From Mobula birostris (Eukaryota), in contig NC_092393.1 of the NCBI RefSeq assembly GCF_030028105.1, positions 31,101,248 to 31,165,247 on the forward strand: 64,000 nucleotides of DNA, read 5' to 3'. The translations under genes and the position numbers were made by a program. Below, piece after piece: positions 61,300 to 64,000 of the stretch. The first letter of the stretch is position 1, and every line of letters starts with the position of its first letter. Below the pieces are notes generated by a model that was not told the origin of the DNA, searched no databases, and saw only the letters and a program-made list of their open reading frames with translations.

Positions 61300-61509
61300 A
61301 ATAAATGGACTGAAATCTGAACTGAGAGATATCAAAAGAAAAACTTAAGAGAATTTTCCGAGAAGCAGGCAGGATGAAGCCTGACTTTCTGAAGATTATG
61401 ATCAAGGCACAGAACAGCTGAACTCAATAAGAAAAATAAATCCTTTCTGCTTGATTACTTAACTTCGTGGAAATGTAATAAATCTTTAGTAATCCACTTT
61501 TAAAATAAA
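61300..61509 (+). terminator. Candidate polyadenylation signals of the B7-like gene
   Basis: AATAAA at 61300-61305, 61435-61440 and 61504-61509 downstream of the predicted stop. Confidence 0.4.
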
Positions 61510-61623
61510 TATACTCCAGATTTTAGACAGTATTCAGAATGATTTTATTGTAATGGCAGGTTAACCAATTTTTCAGTCAGAAAATTAATGTGAAGGTTAT
61601 TTCCTAATTCCAAAACCATGTTC

Positions 61624-63104
61624 CAGCATCCCACCCTGCAAAAACTCATTACAGGGAGGAAGCACCACCATTTCAGGGAGGTAGCATCCCTGCCCCCCGC
61701 AACCCCATATCCACCCGCCCCCCCCCCCCCCCCCACCGGTCGACCTCCAAGGGTGTATATAATACTTTGTTTAGTGCTTTTGTCTAATCTGTAAACCAAG
61801 TTGGATATATGCAGAAAATGTGACATTAAAATATGTATTTATATTATCATGTTTATTCTATTACAACTTTAAGCACGTCTACAGGGAGTTTGGCCTCATC
61901 AATAGCATAGCTCCTTAGCAGCCAGCCAGCTAGTTTAAGTAACGTTAGCTATGCTAATGAACGAATGACAGCTGTTAAACTCACCTCAACACGTCTTTTA
62001 CATTTTAACCCACCATGGGCAATAGAAAAGTCACTGCTGCAAATAGTGCAGTGAGCAACACTGTCATTATTTTTGAGGTCGACTGTAAAGCCCACCCACA
62101 GAGAAAACTGATAGATCTACTTCGCAGGGGTCCCCAACCTCTTTTGCACCCGGACCGGTTTAATATTGACAATATTCTTGCAGACCAGCCGACTGGGGGG
62201 GGTGGGGGTGGTGTTAATCACGACCAGAACATAGGTGATAAGTCAACTATAAGTCACTTATAAGTGGCTAATACACTCAATTTCGTTTCTAAAAGGGTTT
62301 ATCTAACGAATTTAATATTAAACACACAGCGCACATTTTCCTCGCATGAATATGATGATAAGTCAATTATAAGTCAATAGCATCATAACATTTTAAGTAA
62401 CGTTTGGATATTAAACACACAGCACATATTTTCCTCGTATGAACATATAAAATCATTGCAACACACCAATATCGCTGAATCAGTGGGAGCCCTGGGCTTG
62501 TTTTCCTGCAACAAGATGGTCCTATTGAGGGGTGATGGGAGACAGTGATACTCGAAGGGGGTTCCTTATGTCCAGTCTATTCTGCAATTTAGTTTTCGTT
62601 GCATTCATTGCAGAAAAGCCCGCTTCACAGAGATATGTCGGAAACGGAAGCAATGTTTTCAGTGCTTCCGTGGCTATTTCAGGATATTCAGCCTTGACTT
62701 TGATCCAGAATGCCGGCAGAGATGGTATGTCAAACATACTTTTCAGTCCGCTGTTATTTGCAAGCTCGAGGAGTTGATCTTCTTCCCGCGCTGACATGGA
62801 TGACGCATGCATAATGACCTCGCGTGCGTTCAGTTCAACAGTGGCCGTGACAGGGAATGAGGAAAGGTGCAGCTGACTCATATCGTTTCATATCATCAAA
62901 TCATATTGTTTCCTCATGGCCCGGTGGTTGGGGACCACTCTTAGCACGAAGGGAGACCAATCAGGATGCTTGCTCTCCCTCCCTTTCCCACTCTTTCTCA
63001 AAAAAAATCAATTTCCAGGATATTGTAAATAATTTCCAGGTGTCAGGGAGCCACTATCAATATGCGGGAGACTCCCGGAACTTCCGGGAGAGGTGGGATG
63101 TCTG
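61624..63104. mobile_element. Probable non-autonomous DNA transposon hosting the Charlie copy
   Basis: Left end cagcatcccaccc and right end gaggtgggatgtctg (reverse complement cagacatcccacctc) form an imperfect TIR; subterminal cccggaacttccggg palindrome. No clear TSD. Confidence 0.45.
62125..62940 (-). mobile_element. Second copy of the same Charlie-like hAT family
   Basis: caggggtccccaacc...ggttggggaccactc ends; ORF 62522-62881 FWIKVKAEYPEIATEALKTLLPFPTYLCEAGFSAM (hAT C-terminal domain); long identity to 9203-10395. Confidence 0.88.
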
Positions 63105-63749
63105 ACGTTCAGACCCATCCTACAATCCATGTAAGCTTAGACTCTTAGATGTGGAAGCCCAGAGCACAATACCAAGAATTGCTTCATTCAATGCTTACAA
63201 TGTGTTAGGACTGTTCGGGTTGATGATTAAGGCAACGGTTCAGGTATACAGTATAGAAAGTGGGCAAGTAGATGCACAGACTATACGGGCAATAGTCTTC
63301 TACCATAATATGTGTCATGTAAGGTTAATGATGTGTACACTGGTATAGAATGGTGGGTAAGACAGCACCTGGAAATTTGTTTGAAGGTCTGGTTGGCACA
63401 CGATAGAGAAGAATTAGAATTGGAATCAGTTTACTGTTATCACGTGTACAGTGAAAAATTTGCCTTGCACAAAATTCATACAGATCAGTTGATTACAGAA
63501 GTGCATTGAGGTCTTACAATGTAAAACAGTAACAGTGTGCATAATAAAGTGTTACAGAGAAAGTGCAGTGCTGTAGACTACAAGATGCAAAGTCATAATG
63601 AGGCCGACTGTGAGGTCAGGAGTTCATCTTATCATACTGGGGAAACATGCAATTGTCTTATAACAGCAGGGCAGAAGTTGTCCTTGAGCCTGGTAGTAAG
63701 TGCTTTCAGGCTTTTTTTATTTTTTGCCTGATGGAAGGGGGAGAAGAAA

Positions 63750-63990
63750 GATTCTCCATAGTGGCCAGAGCCATCAATGCTATTCATTAACCCTTTAATT
63801 CCCAGGAACATTTTCACGAACCTCCCCTGAACCCTCTCCAGTACCAGTGTATCCTTTCTTAGAAAAGAGATGCAAAAATGTTCACAGTGCTCCAAATGCA
63901 GTCTGACCAATGCCTTAAAAAGTTTCAGCATTATAGCTTTGCTTTTATTCTCTTCCTCTCAAAATTTAATTTGCCTTTCTTACCATCAAC
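63750..63990 (-). mobile_element. CR1 fragment
   Basis: LKLFKALVRLHLEHCEHF..LERVQGRFVKMF. Confidence 0.75.
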
Positions 63991-64000
63991 TTGAACAACA

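Noticed and set aside
61718-61735. Poly-C tract
   Set aside because: A simple homopolymer inside a transposon, possibly of uncertain length in the assembly.

Overview
Eukaryotic, repeat-dominated vertebrate DNA with no prokaryotic genes or CRISPR arrays. The mix of Penelope, CR1, Rex1-like, HE1-like SINE, Tc1 and Charlie elements suggests a cartilaginous fish, probably a ray; this is inferred from remembered repeat families. One protein-coding gene can be reconstructed on the + strand from six coding exons joined by phase-1 introns (51510-61118, 852 nt, 283 aa). It is a type I membrane protein of B7-like architecture: signal peptide, IgV, IgC, transmembrane segment, short tail. Its V domain lacks the canonical Trp and second Cys. 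About 5.5 kb upstream is a CpG-rich island with a perfect ISRE and a possible antisense spliced transcript. The rest is nested transposons. These include a sushi-type Gypsy element split by Penelope, hAT and LTR insertions, mostly with readable target-site duplications (TSDs), and five Penelope-like elements whose pseudo-LTRs (pLTRs) carry minimal hammerhead ribozyme motifs. There is also an internally deleted retrovirus-like element (19850-22130, - strand) with a tRNA-Pro primer-binding site (PBS), splice donor, gag zinc knuckle, DTG protease and integrase C-terminus but no RT. All family assignments come from reading motifs by eye; no searches were run, and TE boundaries without TSDs are approximate.
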